64,000 nt of DNA from Candidatus Saccharimonadales bacterium. GTDB lineage: Bacteria > Patescibacteriota > Saccharimonadia > Saccharimonadales > UBA10212. Where the stretch lies: contig DASTXL010000002.1 of assembly GCA_035758565.1 (NCBI GenBank), positions 275,118 through 339,117 on the forward strand, written 5' to 3'. Position 1 is the first letter of the stretch. Each line of letters starts with the position of its first letter. The notes under the pieces were generated by a model. It ran no database searches, was not told the DNA's origin, and was given only the letters and a program-made list of their open reading frames with translations. Shown here piece by piece: positions 20,151-29,982 of this stretch. The position numbers were made by a program, and so were the translations under genes.

Positions 20151-20795
20151 ATGGAAGTTACCCTCACACACCGCCAGGAGACAAAATATGATTGTCCGCC
20201 GGGCTTTGTGGGACGATCAATTGTTCATTTCGATATGCATGACCCTAGGTGGGAGGAGGCTGAATACGCCTACGCCGATGGCGCTTTGCCGCCAGCAAAG
20301 TTAGGCGTGACCGGTTGCGTACCAACTACGCTAGCCGAGGTTGCTTCAACTTTTCATAATACTTTCATTTTTCCAAACCAAGTGGCCGAACTCTTGGAAT
20401 CGGCTCATACTAAAAATGGGACCGCGGTAGATAAAGCTCTCGATATTTTTTGTCGAGTCTATCAACTGCAAGTAGTGGATAAGATTCAAGTTTCGAGCTT
20501 GGTTGAAGTAGAAAAACTCAGAGATCATTTGGCGAACGGCCACATCGTAATTGCAAGTTTTAACAGTGAAAGTCCCTTCACTAACGCCGCTCACGTTATA
20601 GTTATCAGGGGTATTTCCGAAGATTTGCAGAGATTTATGGTTGTTGACAATAACGACACAGACCAATACCAAGAGGGAAAATTGCCGAACCGAAATCAAA
20701 CCGAGTTTAGTACCTTCGACCTGCCGCAGTGGCTGAAGAATGGCTGTTGGGTTATATCCAAACAACCCGAAGCTAGCAGTGAAATGCTAAACTAA
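20151..20795 (+). CDS. hypothetical protein, possibly a C39-like papain-fold peptidase
   Basis: [10 protein letters not shown] (Cys) and AHVIVIRG (His) spacing resembles the Peptidase_C39_2 family; weak. Confidence 0.35.
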   Translation: MEVTLTHRQETKYDCPPGFVGRSIVHFDMHDPRWEEAEYAYADGALPPAKLGVTGCVPTTLAEVASTFHNTFIFPNQVAELLESAHTKNGTAVDKALDIFCRVYQLQVVDKIQVSSLVEVEKLRDHLANGHIVIASFNSESPFTNAAHVIVIRGISEDLQRFMVVDNNDTDQYQEGKLPNRNQTEFSTFDLPQWLKNGCWVISKQPEASSEMLN

Positions 20796-20800
20796 AGGGT

Positions 20801-21832
20801 ATGGCTATCGAACGAATTGTGAACACTGCTGGTCCGACAGATGATCCAGCAGAGGAACAATTAGAAAACTCTTTGCGTCCACGTGATTTTGCTAATTATG
20901 TTGGCCAGGAACGCTTAAAGAAAAACTTAAAGCTAGCTATTGATGCTGCAAAGAAACGTGGCGAGGCAATCGACCATATTTTGCTCTATGGTCCGCCGGG
21001 TTTGGGCAAAACCACCATGGCAACTGTAATTGCCAACGAAATGGGCGCCCAAATTAGAATTACAAGCGGCCCGGCAATTGAACGGGCCGGTGATCTGGCT
21101 AGCTTGCTCACTAATTTGCAAGACGGCGATATTTTATTCATTGACGAAATTCACCGTCTGCACCGAACAGTCGAAGAAGTCCTGTACAGTGCCATGGAAG
21201 ATTTCAAGTTAGACATTATGCTTGGCAAAGGGCCAAGTGCTCGCAGCTTACGCTTGGACTTACCTAAGTTCACAATCATCGGCGCCACCACTCGCACCGG
21301 TTCGCTGGCCGCTCCTCTGCGAGACCGTTTTGGCTTAATTCATCGTCTAGAGTTTTATGCTCCGGATGAAATCGGTAGAATTATTAACCGCTCAGCCAAG
21401 ATTTTGAATGTTCCGGTTGATAAAAAGGCTGCTGGCCTACTAGCTGAACGCTCTCGTTTGACACCGCGCATAGCTAACCGTTTGCTAAAACGCGTGCGTG
21501 ACTATGCCGATATTAACGGTGACGGAATTATTGACGAAAAGGTCGCCGGGCAAGCTTTGAAGCTGCTCGAGATTGACGAGCTTGGCTTAGACCCATCAGA
21601 CCGCCAGCTTTTGACTGCGATAATCGAGCATTACGACGGCGGCCCGGTTGGTGTTGAGACCCTGGCAGCCTTAACTGCCGAAGAACGAACAACTATCGAA
21701 GACGTTAACGAACCATACCTGATGCAGATCGGCCTGTTAGAGCGTACGCCGCGGGGCCGCAAGGCAACATTGCGTGCTTGGAAACACTTAGGTAAAAATC
21801 CGAAAACCAAAGAGCAGGCTAGCTTGCTATAA
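20801..21832 (+). CDS. ruvB: Holliday junction DNA helicase RuvB
   Basis: [15 protein letters not shown]. Confidence 0.95.
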   Translation: MAIERIVNTAGPTDDPAEEQLENSLRPRDFANYVGQERLKKNLKLAIDAAKKRGEAIDHILLYGPPGLGKTTMATVIANEMGAQIRITSGPAIERAGDLASLLTNLQDGDILFIDEIHRLHRTVEEVLYSAMEDFKLDIMLGKGPSARSLRLDLPKFTIIGATTRTGSLAAPLRDRFGLIHRLEFYAPDEIGRIINRSAKILNVPVDKKAAGLLAERSRLTPRIANRLLKRVRDYADINGDGIIDEKVAGQALKLLEIDELGLDPSDRQLLTAIIEHYDGGPVGVETLAALTAEERTTIEDVNEPYLMQIGLLERTPRGRKATLRAWKHLGKNPKTKEQASLL

Positions 21833-21843
21833 TCATAAGAAAT

Positions 21844-22440
21844 ATGGAACCAGACCAATCTAATCAGTCTTCGATTGAACCAGCCGCTAGCAAAATTGGT
21901 GCAATGGCAGTTAAAAACGCTGACTCTTCTTTGGTTGAGCCGGGCGAACAAGTTATGGACGTAATCCACCGTCATGCAGTGGGGATTATTGGAATCTACG
22001 CGCAAATGGTAATAGCTGTCGGCGCTATATTTGCGCTCGCTATTCTTGCCAACAACGATGTTTTCGGGCAGATACCATCCGGCTACAAGGGCCCAATCCT
22101 TGGTGGCGCCATCTTGCTTAGCGGCATCATCCTCGTACCGCTGCTTATCCAAAGGTTTGTCTATCGACAATGCCGAGTAATAGTCACAGATAAAAGTCTG
22201 GTTACTGTGGTTCAAAAATCGTTATTTAGCAAAAAGACCTCAAGGCTCAGTATGTCTAATGTCGAAGATGTAAGTGCCGAGCAAAACGGAATACTGCCCA
22301 GCATGTTTAATTACGGCACCCTAACCATTCAGACTGCCGGTGAAGAAGATAACTTTATTTTCCCGCTTTGCCCTAAGCCAAACGATATTGCTGATAAAAT
22401 TCTAGAAGCCCGACAGGCCTACGCTAGAGCTGTCAGATAA
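21844..22440 (+). CDS. membrane protein with a bacterial PH (YdbS/DUF304-like) domain
   Basis: Two TM segments followed by a bPH_2-like C-terminus. Confidence 0.5.
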   Translation: MEPDQSNQSSIEPAASKIGAMAVKNADSSLVEPGEQVMDVIHRHAVGIIGIYAQMVIAVGAIFALAILANNDVFGQIPSGYKGPILGGAILLSGIILVPLLIQRFVYRQCRVIVTDKSLVTVVQKSLFSKKTSRLSMSNVEDVSAEQNGILPSMFNYGTLTIQTAGEEDNFIFPLCPKPNDIADKILEARQAYARAVR

Positions 22441-22443
22441 TTT

Positions 22444-22932
22444 TTATTTTACAGAAGCTTTGATATAGCTTCCGCCGGTTTCTAAGTTGGCGGTTAGCAT
22501 GTAACTAGTACAGTCAGTGTGGTCGTTATCGCAGCCTGCTGGTGAAGGGTCGTAGCCATAGCAACCCTTGGATGGCGTAGCCGATGCTTGCAATTGGACC
22601 TGACCGCTAGAAGTGCAAGAGCTATTGCTAGACTTCCACAAAGGGTCAGTTAGACTGCTGACATCAAGTTCTTTCATATTTTGTGACCTAAAAGACGCAC
22701 TATCCATCTGCTTTACGCTTGGGTATTTATCGGTCTCGGCCTGATAGGTCTCTATTTGAGCCTCTAGCTTTACGATGTCGGATTTTCGTTCGGTGTCTCG
22801 GTTTCGCTCTTCGACGCCATTGTGGGTTACCAAAACTAACGAGCCCAAAATGACTATGAGAACGATGACGATCAAGAGTTCGATCGTTGTGAAGCCGGAT
22901 AACTTATCTTTTAGTTTTATGTGCATTCCCAC
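22444..22932 (-). CDS. type IV pilin-like protein (prepilin N-terminal methylation motif)
   Basis: G|FTTIELLIVIVLIVILGSL class III signal. Confidence 0.7.
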   Translation of the reverse strand: MGMHIKLKDKLSGFTTIELLIVIVLIVILGSLVLVTHNGVEERNRDTERKSDIVKLEAQIETYQAETDKYPSVKQMDSASFRSQNMKELDVSSLTDPLWKSSNSSCTSSGQVQLQASATPSKGCYGYDPSPAGCDNDHTDCTSYMLTANLETGGSYIKASVK

Positions 22933-23084
22933 AAAATTATTACCTCCAAATTATAGCATAAGCGTGTTATCAACTTCTCTACAAAAATAGCTAACGCTTA
23001 AATAGAAGTAAATGCAGCAACATTTTTCACGTACCGGCAAAAACCAGCTATACTATTTATACGTATTTGATGAGGAGGTATAAG

Positions 23085-24107
23085 GTGGCAGATAAGACAA
23101 AAGCACCAACGAGCGATAAGGCCGCTAGCGGCAAAGAGCAGGCGCTGAAATTAGCAGTTGACCAGATTGAAAAGCAATTCGGTAAGGGCAGCATTATGCG
23201 GTTGGGCGAAGCCCACGCGGCAAATGTCGAGACCATTCCAACCGGCAGCTTAAGTTTAGACTTGGCCCTGGGCGGCGGTATTCCAAAAGGCCGCATCATA
23301 GAAATTTATGGTCCGGAAAGTTCTGGTAAAACCACGGTTTGCCTGCACGCCGTGGCCGAAGTTCAAAAATCCGGTGGTACGGCTGCCTACGTTGATGCGG
23401 AGCACGCGCTCGATCCGGCTTACGCCAAGCGCTTGGGCGTTAATATTGATAATCTTTTGATAAGCCAGCCAGACAGCGGCGAGCAAGCACTAGAAGTTGT
23501 CGAGACTTTGGTGCGGTCTAACGCCGTTGACATTATTGTTGTCGACTCGGTAGCAGCACTTGTGCCACAAGCGGAAATCGAAGGCGATATGGGCGACGCC
23601 CACATGGGCTTGCAGGCCCGCTTGATGAGCCAAGCCTTGCGCAAACTAACCGGTATTATCAGTCGCACCAAGTGCACGGTTATATTCGTCAACCAGCTGC
23701 GCATGAAGATTGGTGTGATGTTTGGCAACCCAGAAACTACAACCGGTGGTAACGCGCTGAAATTTTATGCCAGCGTACGCATGGATATCCGCCGCATTAG
23801 CCAAATTAAGCAAGGCGATGCCGTAATCGGCAATCACTGCCGAGTAAAAGTAGTCAAAAACAAGATCGCTCCGCCGTTCCGCGAGGCCGAATTCGACATT
23901 ATGTACAATCAAGGTATTAGTCGCGAAGGTGACGTAATTGACCTGGCTGTAGCTCACAACGTAGTTGGTAAATCGGGTGCTTGGTTCGAATACGAAGGCC
24001 AAAAGATTGCCCAAGGCCGCGAAGCCGCCAAGAAGTATCTAGCCGACAATCCAAAAGTTTTCGAAAAAGTCGCCGAGCAAACCGTTGCCGCCGCCACCAA
24101 GGAATAA
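23085..24107 (+). CDS. recA: recombinase RecA
   Basis: GPESSGKTT and L1/L2 regions. GTG at 23085 sits 6 nt after the GAGGAGG RBS; the ORF track starts earlier at 23067. Confidence 0.95.
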   Translation: MADKTKAPTSDKAASGKEQALKLAVDQIEKQFGKGSIMRLGEAHAANVETIPTGSLSLDLALGGGIPKGRIIEIYGPESSGKTTVCLHAVAEVQKSGGTAAYVDAEHALDPAYAKRLGVNIDNLLISQPDSGEQALEVVETLVRSNAVDIIVVDSVAALVPQAEIEGDMGDAHMGLQARLMSQALRKLTGIISRTKCTVIFVNQLRMKIGVMFGNPETTTGGNALKFYASVRMDIRRISQIKQGDAVIGNHCRVKVVKNKIAPPFREAEFDIMYNQGISREGDVIDLAVAHNVVGKSGAWFEYEGQKIAQGREAAKKYLADNPKVFEKVAEQTVAAATKE

Positions 24108-24109
24108 CA

Positions 24110-24490
24110 ATGTCTGGTTTTGAAACCGAAGAAGAATGGCAGGCAGCTAGAGATAGAACCAGTGAGATTTTGGGAAGAATCCATGGTTCGATAGTTGGTA
24201 ACTTTGTAGTGAACAAAGCAACCTCAAACGGTGACCATCCTGAGGCGGTGAGTGCCTCTTGGCAGAGTGTTCTATTGCCTGTGAGAGAAAAATTCACTCC
24301 AACCGGTGAAGGCCCGATTAAAGTTGTGGCTATAGACGCATTTAATTCTCTGGTAGAGGTTAACACCGACGAGACAGTTCTGCAGTACTGGCTAGATATC
24401 CTGCAAAGAGGCGGTGGCAACGAATATACAACGTTTGGTTTTGACCGCCGAGACGGCGAGTATCTGCCGCTTTTGCCGCTTGGGGACTAA
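24110..24490 (+). CDS. hypothetical protein (126 aa)
   Basis: ATG 3 nt after the recA stop; the 23981 start in the ORF track overlaps recA. Confidence 0.4.
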   Translation: MSGFETEEEWQAARDRTSEILGRIHGSIVGNFVVNKATSNGDHPEAVSASWQSVLLPVREKFTPTGEGPIKVVAIDAFNSLVEVNTDETVLQYWLDILQRGGGNEYTTFGFDRRDGEYLPLLPLGD

Positions 24491-25101
24491 TGAAAATTAC
24501 GACCTTAAAACAGCAAGTCAAGAACCCGAAGCGGGTTAGTATTTTTGTTGATGGAAAGTACGAATTTTCATTGAGCCTTGACGAGGTTGTTAAGTACAAA
24601 ATTACCAACGGTCAAGAGTTAAACAAAGCAGACCTTAAAAAGTTTAAAAAAATATCAGAAGACGGCAAACTGCGAGCCAGGGCTCTGGAGTGGCTGTTGA
24701 ATCGCCCGCACAGCACCAAAGAGTTCAAAGATTATCTCTACCGCAAAAAAGCCGATCCGGAATTCGGCGAAACATTGAGGGAAGAATTTAGCGCCAAAGG
24801 CTATTTGGATGATATTAAGTTTGCTGCTTGGTTTATTGATCTTCAGACTCGCAAAAATAAAAGCCGCCGGGCTATTCGCATGGAGCTTATGAAGAAGGGG
24901 ATCAGTGGAGAGCAGTTGGATATTGTTATGGAAGGCCAAGAAATCAACGAAGAAGAAGCCATAAAGGCCATTATTGATAAAAAGAAAAATTTAACGCGCT
25001 ACAAAAACGACCCGGTAAAGCTTAAGCAGTATTTAGTGGTGCAGGGGTTTAGCTACGAATTAGTTGATAAAACTATAAAGAAAGTTTTGGGGACCCCATA
25101 A
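24490..25101 (+). CDS. recX: RecX family regulator
   Basis: Position after recA; three-repeat helical RecX-like sequence. Confidence 0.7.
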   Translation: MKITTLKQQVKNPKRVSIFVDGKYEFSLSLDEVVKYKITNGQELNKADLKKFKKISEDGKLRARALEWLLNRPHSTKEFKDYLYRKKADPEFGETLREEFSAKGYLDDIKFAAWFIDLQTRKNKSRRAIRMELMKKGISGEQLDIVMEGQEINEEEAIKAIIDKKKNLTRYKNDPVKLKQYLVVQGFSYELVDKTIKKVLGTP

Positions 25102-25192
25102 AATGCCAACGGAGTGCATTTTATGAGGCTTAGTACTTAACTAGTCAAGGAATTTCTAACGACAAGGTTCGGCAAGCGCTAAAAGAATCAGG

Positions 25193-25717
25193 CTAAGCGG
25201 TTACAGCCGCCGCCGAAACTTCTTCTGCCCCAGCCTTAATGTCGGTGTCCTGTACCAAAATGTAATTATCAGTGACTTCAATAATCTGAGTCCGGTCAAT
25301 TATGGCCGTAGCATTATTGGTCAAAACTTTCACCAGCGATTTGCCCACGTACAGTTTCTGCACAAACATTCCCTCGTTGTAGCTAAAATCTTCTACATGG
25401 CCAATCTTGGTGCGCTTGGTTCGGACCAGCTTGCCCATGAGTTTAAAATCAAGGTCTATAATTTCTCTGTGGCGAACTAAATCTTCTACCGATGACAAAG
25501 CCTCTTCGTTATTTACGGTTATAGCGTCAATTAATAAATCTCGGACATCGTCAGCTAGTAGAACTTGCAGTTCTTCCTCCCCGCCAACACGGCACCACCA
25601 GCCAATAATCTTTAGATTATGAGGGTTAATTATGGGCTCTGTGGCCGTAGCAATCTTGCCCCCTACACGTAGGCTGACTACTGGTTGATTAAATAAAGAT
25701 GCGCTTAATCGCAACAT
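25193..25717 (-). CDS. PRC-barrel domain protein
   Basis: Two PRC-barrel-like halves (NQPVVSL..G.KIATATEPIINPHNLKIIGW). Confidence 0.45.
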   Translation of the reverse strand: MLRLSASLFNQPVVSLRVGGKIATATEPIINPHNLKIIGWWCRVGGEEELQVLLADDVRDLLIDAITVNNEEALSSVEDLVRHREIIDLDFKLMGKLVRTKRTKIGHVEDFSYNEGMFVQKLYVGKSLVKVLTNNATAIIDRTQIIEVTDNYILVQDTDIKAGAEEVSAAAVTA

Positions 25718-25901
25718 GATTTAAGTATAGCGCTTTAAGAGGTTTTTGATAGTTAGCCAAACCGCTCATGCTATTGATATTTTAAGGTGATTATGTTAAA
25801 ATATAGTTGGTTTCAGGCAAGTGTTATTGTTTAAAGCAAGAGCAAGTCTGGGATAGAACCCTGATCACCTTAGCGGTGGTCGCGAATTCGAGGAGGAATC
25901 C

Positions 25902-26372
25902 GTGAGTTATTCGCACGAGCTGCTGACGGCCGTGTACCTGACCCTGTTGGTTGGGGCGGTTTGCAACACCTGTTACGTCGTCGAGAAGGTACGCGACACG
26001 CTGCTCAGCCACTGGAGCACGGGCCTGCAGAAGGCGGCCCGGCTGCTCGGCCAGCTGTCGTTCTGGTTCGTGCTCTCGCCCACCTGCGTGGCTGCCGGCC
26101 TGATGGCCGGCAAGGAGATCTCGCCGAACCAGTTCCCGAACACGACGTTCTGGAACAGCTACCCCACCTGGCACAGCCTGCGGGCCATGCTCGGTGGGTC
26201 GCTCCTGCTGGCCACGCTGGCGATGTGCATCGCGCTCATCTTGCGCGAGTACGTCAACTCGCCGCGCTACAACGCGCTCATGGCGGAGCGACGCCGGAAG
26301 CGCCAGCAGCGGGAGCGGTTCTCGTCCCGCGTCGAGCTGCCCGCCGACTTCATCCCCGGCTACCCGGCCTAG
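25902..26372 (+). CDS. hypothetical membrane protein encoded in a high-GC island
   Basis: GTG start 5 nt after AGGAGG. Nearly all codons end in G/C, 3-4 hydrophobic segments, GC-rich hairpin after the stop. Confidence 0.6.
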   Translation: MSYSHELLTAVYLTLLVGAVCNTCYVVEKVRDTLLSHWSTGLQKAARLLGQLSFWFVLSPTCVAAGLMAGKEISPNQFPNTTFWNSYPTWHSLRAMLGGSLLLATLAMCIALILREYVNSPRYNALMAERRRKRQQRERFSSRVELPADFIPGYPA

Positions 26373-26540
26373 GTCCTCCCCCGCACACGCCCAGCATGTC
26401 TCTGGCGAGACATGGTGCAGCGGCTCGTTCACTCGAGCCGTTCTGGGCCCTTCCCAAGGTTCATCAAGTTTTGGTGGCTCTTGGAAAGTAAACTGCTACT
26501 GCTTGCTCTTTATGGTTCGCTTAAATACAATCACTCACAA

Positions 26541-27866
26541 ATGAAGCGTCCGAGGATATTCTCTTGGGTGGTAGCGGTGGTTTTATTAAGTTCGGTGCTT
26601 ATACCTGGCAACGCATTTGCCACTGGATCGTCCCTATCAATACGAGAGATAAAGATAACCGACGATGAGTTTGTAATTATACAGAACACCGGTAACAACG
26701 ATATTGATCACCTAAGTGATTATTGGTTAGGGTACGTAGGCAGCGATACAAGCATGGCACCCCCTGTTCAGGATTTGCCGGACTACCGGCTACCATCAGG
26801 CGGGGTAGTTTTACTTAGCGGCGGCGGGACAGTTAATACCTGCGATGCCGACATAGTAAGCGACCTGTCGCCGTCACTCAGTGACAGCAAAGGCACACTC
26901 AACCTTTGGGAGCAAACGTCGAGCGGCTTTAGCCTACTATCGGGCAACCAAGCCCAAGTACGCTGGAATAAATCCACCTCCTCTGACGTTAACCTTAGTG
27001 AAGAGACCAGCCAATATGCTAACCCGGTGTGGTTTTACGATACTTCAAGCGGCTGGCTCTTGACTGATATGTCTGGTTGCACACTGACTACTTACAACGG
27101 CTCAACCAGTACGACTGCGGCAGTTTGGCCAGAGAACGATTCCAGCCCGCCGGCTATTATTGAAAGCGTTGCTGAAGGTCAGGGTTTGGTTGGCTTACCG
27201 GCTGCTGATATTGGCTTAAAAGCTCCGCAAATCAGTGAGCTTTTGCCCAACCCATCTGGCAGTGGCACAGATGATACGGATGAGTTTATAGAACTTTACA
27301 ATCCTAACGATACTGCCTTCGATCTTTCGGGTTTTGCCTTAGAGACTGGTTTGACCACCAAACATAAATATTCTTTTGAAGACAGCACGCTTTTGCCAGC
27401 TAAAAGCTTCACGGCGTTTTACTCAGCCGATACTGGGCTAACGTTGAGCAATACTTCAAGCCAGGCGATTTTGCTAGATCCTCTGGGCACTACGATTAGT
27501 CAATCCGACGCCTATAGCTCTGCTAAAGACGGCATGTCTTGGGCGCTGGCTAACGGCAAATGGTATTGGACTAACGCGCCAACGCCTGGTGCTACTAATG
27601 TAGTCAACCAAGCGTCGCCTGATTCATCTAAGGCTAACAAATCTTCGGCTCCAACTGTAAAAGGACTTTCCACGGGTAGTTCAAACTCAGCGCCTAATAG
27701 CTTTAGTAACACTACAATCGTGTCTACGCCCATACACGCTTGGACGCTTGCTGGGGTTGGTGCTGCCGCGTTACTATATGCTGGCTATGAGTACCGTAAT
27801 GACTTGGCAAACAACCTCTACCGCGTCCGACGATACATCGCGGCTCGGCGAGCTGCTAGGAAATAA
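26541..27866 (+). CDS. secreted, C-terminally membrane-anchored protein with a lamin-tail-domain (LTD) motif
   Basis: Signal peptide MKRPRIFSWVVAVVLLSSVLIPGNAFA; LTD motif ISELLPNPSGSGTDDTDEFIELYNPND; C-terminal TM plus basic tail. Confidence 0.6.
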   Translation: MKRPRIFSWVVAVVLLSSVLIPGNAFATGSSLSIREIKITDDEFVIIQNTGNNDIDHLSDYWLGYVGSDTSMAPPVQDLPDYRLPSGGVVLLSGGGTVNTCDADIVSDLSPSLSDSKGTLNLWEQTSSGFSLLSGNQAQVRWNKSTSSDVNLSEETSQYANPVWFYDTSSGWLLTDMSGCTLTTYNGSTSTTAAVWPENDSSPPAIIESVAEGQGLVGLPAADIGLKAPQISELLPNPSGSGTDDTDEFIELYNPNDTAFDLSGFALETGLTTKHKYSFEDSTLLPAKSFTAFYSADTGLTLSNTSSQAILLDPLGTTISQSDAYSSAKDGMSWALANGKWYWTNAPTPGATNVVNQASPDSSKANKSSAPTVKGLSTGSSNSAPNSFSNTTIVSTPIHAWTLAGVGAAALLYAGYEYRNDLANNLYRVRRYIAARRAARK

Positions 27867-28287
27867 ACTCGCCGGTGGCGAAGTTATCGAACTGGCGGCC
27901 GATCTTGGCGGCGGCAAGACTACATTTACCAAAGGTTTGGTTAAAGGTCTGGGTAGCCAGGACAATGCAACTAGCCCAACCTTTACGCTAAGCAAAATTT
28001 ATAAATGCCGCGGAGGGCTGGAGGTTCATCATTTTGACTTTTACCGCCTGGACGAGCCTGGCATTATCGCCGATCAATTAGCGGAATCAGTCAATGACGG
28101 CAAAGTGGTCACTGTTGTTGAATGGAGCGACATAGTAAATGATGTTTTGCCACAAAATCGCATTACTATTAGCTTCAGCTCGACGCCAAACGACCCGGAT
28201 GAGCGCCAGATAATTTTTTCCTATTCCGAAAATTTTGCTGGCTTGATCCGCGCTGTTGAAACCGAATGGGAAGAGGTAAAGCCGTGA
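27787..28287 (+). CDS. tsaE: tRNA t6A37 biosynthesis ATPase TsaE
   Basis: GDLGGGKTTFTKG P-loop, SPTFTL, HFDFYRL. Start uncertain; overlaps the upstream gene. Confidence 0.8.
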   Translation: MSTVMTWQTTSTASDDTSRLGELLGNKLAGGEVIELAADLGGGKTTFTKGLVKGLGSQDNATSPTFTLSKIYKCRGGLEVHHFDFYRLDEPGIIADQLAESVNDGKVVTVVEWSDIVNDVLPQNRITISFSSTPNDPDERQIIFSYSENFAGLIRAVETEWEEVKP

Positions 28288-28676
28288 TAATTTTGACAAT
28301 CAGAACAGACAAGCCAGAAGCCGAACTGGGTGTTTACGAAAACGAAAAGCAGTTGGCTTACGAAACATGGCATGCGCATAGGGAATTGGCGGAAACAATT
28401 CACCAGAAAATTGAAGAAATACTTAACAAGTCAAGCAAATCACCGCAAGATATCCAAGGAATAGTAGTGTTCAAGGGTCCGGGCAGTTTTACCGGCCTTA
28501 GGATTGGCTTGTCGGTCGCTAACGCTCTGGCTTATTCTTTATCGATCCCAATCACTGGCTCTGATTCCGGAGCTTGGATTGCTCAAGGTGTCTCCAGCCT
28601 AAAGGCAAACAACAATGACAAAATAGCTTTGCCCGAATACGGTGCGCCAGCTCACGTGACTGCGCCCAAGAAGTAG
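28284..28676 (+). CDS. tsaB: TsaB (YeaZ) N-terminal-domain protein
   Basis: GPGSFTGLRIGLSVANALA; GTGA start/stop overlap with tsaE. Confidence 0.7.
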   Translation: MIILTIRTDKPEAELGVYENEKQLAYETWHAHRELAETIHQKIEEILNKSSKSPQDIQGIVVFKGPGSFTGLRIGLSVANALAYSLSIPITGSDSGAWIAQGVSSLKANNNDKIALPEYGAPAHVTAPKK

Positions 28677-28756
28677 CTCCCCTTGACAAAAGCATAAGCT
28701 TCACCGCATATTTATAGGTGAAAGTTTATTAAAACTAAAACTTTAAAAAGTGGGTT

Positions 28757-29800
28757 ATGGACGGCACTAACATTTTTATGAACAATACCTCGATGGACGC
28801 TGATTTGCGTTCGCGCATGCGTGGTTTTGAGCGTCGCCCGATAGTCTACGAAAAACGTCCGCCTGCTATAAATCCTAAATCAATCTCAGACATTTCTTTG
28901 AGCTCGGCAAATAATCCTAAACCGGTTGAATCCGCCGACCGAGTGGATTTTGTCGCCTCGCTGGAAGCTCCACCCAACTCTCCGATAAACAGTTTTGAAG
29001 CTGACTCGTCAGCTTCCTACAAGTCACCACCTGTCGCTATAGAACCTGAGGTAATAGAAATAGCGCAGCAGCCTAATTTGATGATGCGAGCCGGCCAGAA
29101 TGTTAAGCTGGCTGGTGACTGGCTTTTAGATATCAAAGAAAGAGCGCTAGATTTCGCCGACAAATACTTAAGGTTTAGGCCTAGACCACGTACTTTAGTG
29201 ATAGTGGCTGTGATAACAGTAGCGGCGCTCGGTGCTTACAGATTTTATTTTTCGCATAGTAAAATTGCTAATCAGCCGAGTAATCTGCAAGTCGTTGAAG
29301 CAAATGCCGCCACCGCTCCGGTTAGTGCCCAGGCCGTCAAAGAATACTCTGTTGCCGCCGATCAGCCGAAAATAATCGACATAACTTACTTGGGCGTACA
29401 CGCCAGAGTTAAGGCCCTGGCCGAAAAGGCCGGCGTCGTGCAAACAGCCTTCAACGTGAATGATGTTGCATGGGATAGTTCATCTGAAAAACTTGGCGAA
29501 CCGGGAACTAGTGTTATGGCTGGTCAGATTTCAGACGGCAGTACAAAGGGCGCGTTCTACAATCTTGTTAATGTTCGTGTCGGCGATATCATTCAGATAA
29601 CACGGGGCGATAATCAAATCTTTAAGTACCAAGTTATGAAAACCGAAACATACAATTCGCAAAATGTCGATATGGCCATGGCGACCAAAGGTGTTGACCA
29701 GGCTCGCTCCTGCTTGAATTTAGTGGCTGTTGCTACAGAAAATTCCTCTGTGAATCCCGGTTTTAACCAAAGGGTAATTGTCTATACTGAGCAAATCTAA
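28757..29800 (+). CDS. membrane protein with a sortase-like C-terminal domain (catalytic His not evident)
   Basis: TM at ~150-170. C-terminus GTSVMAGQ...FYNLVNVRVGDIIQI...IFKYQV...SCLNLVAV resembles the sortase beta-barrel but has Q where AGH is expected. Confidence 0.4.
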   Translation: MDGTNIFMNNTSMDADLRSRMRGFERRPIVYEKRPPAINPKSISDISLSSANNPKPVESADRVDFVASLEAPPNSPINSFEADSSASYKSPPVAIEPEVIEIAQQPNLMMRAGQNVKLAGDWLLDIKERALDFADKYLRFRPRPRTLVIVAVITVAALGAYRFYFSHSKIANQPSNLQVVEANAATAPVSAQAVKEYSVAADQPKIIDITYLGVHARVKALAEKAGVVQTAFNVNDVAWDSSSEKLGEPGTSVMAGQISDGSTKGAFYNLVNVRVGDIIQITRGDNQIFKYQVMKTETYNSQNVDMAMATKGVDQARSCLNLVAVATENSSVNPGFNQRVIVYTEQI

Positions 29801-29982
29801 AGCAATCATTTTCATTGCTTAAGACCAAAAAAATACGTATAGTATTTTTAGGATTTCTATTTGTTTTGGGGATTTCCGAACTACACGATATTAATATTTG
29901 ATACCCGCGCCTTAAAGCTAACGAAGTGATAGTGATTGCTTATAAAGACTGCCGGGTTTCTGAAAAACAAGGAGACTAGACG

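Noticed and set aside
25824-26544. Overlapping alternative-frame ORFs in the first high-GC island (25824-26432 minus; 25961-26491 and 26194-26544 plus)
   Set aside because: The translations are Arg/Ala/Gly/Pro-rich, as is typical of off-frame high-GC DNA. Only the frame at 25902-26372 has an RBS, G/C-ending codon bias and hydrophobic segments.
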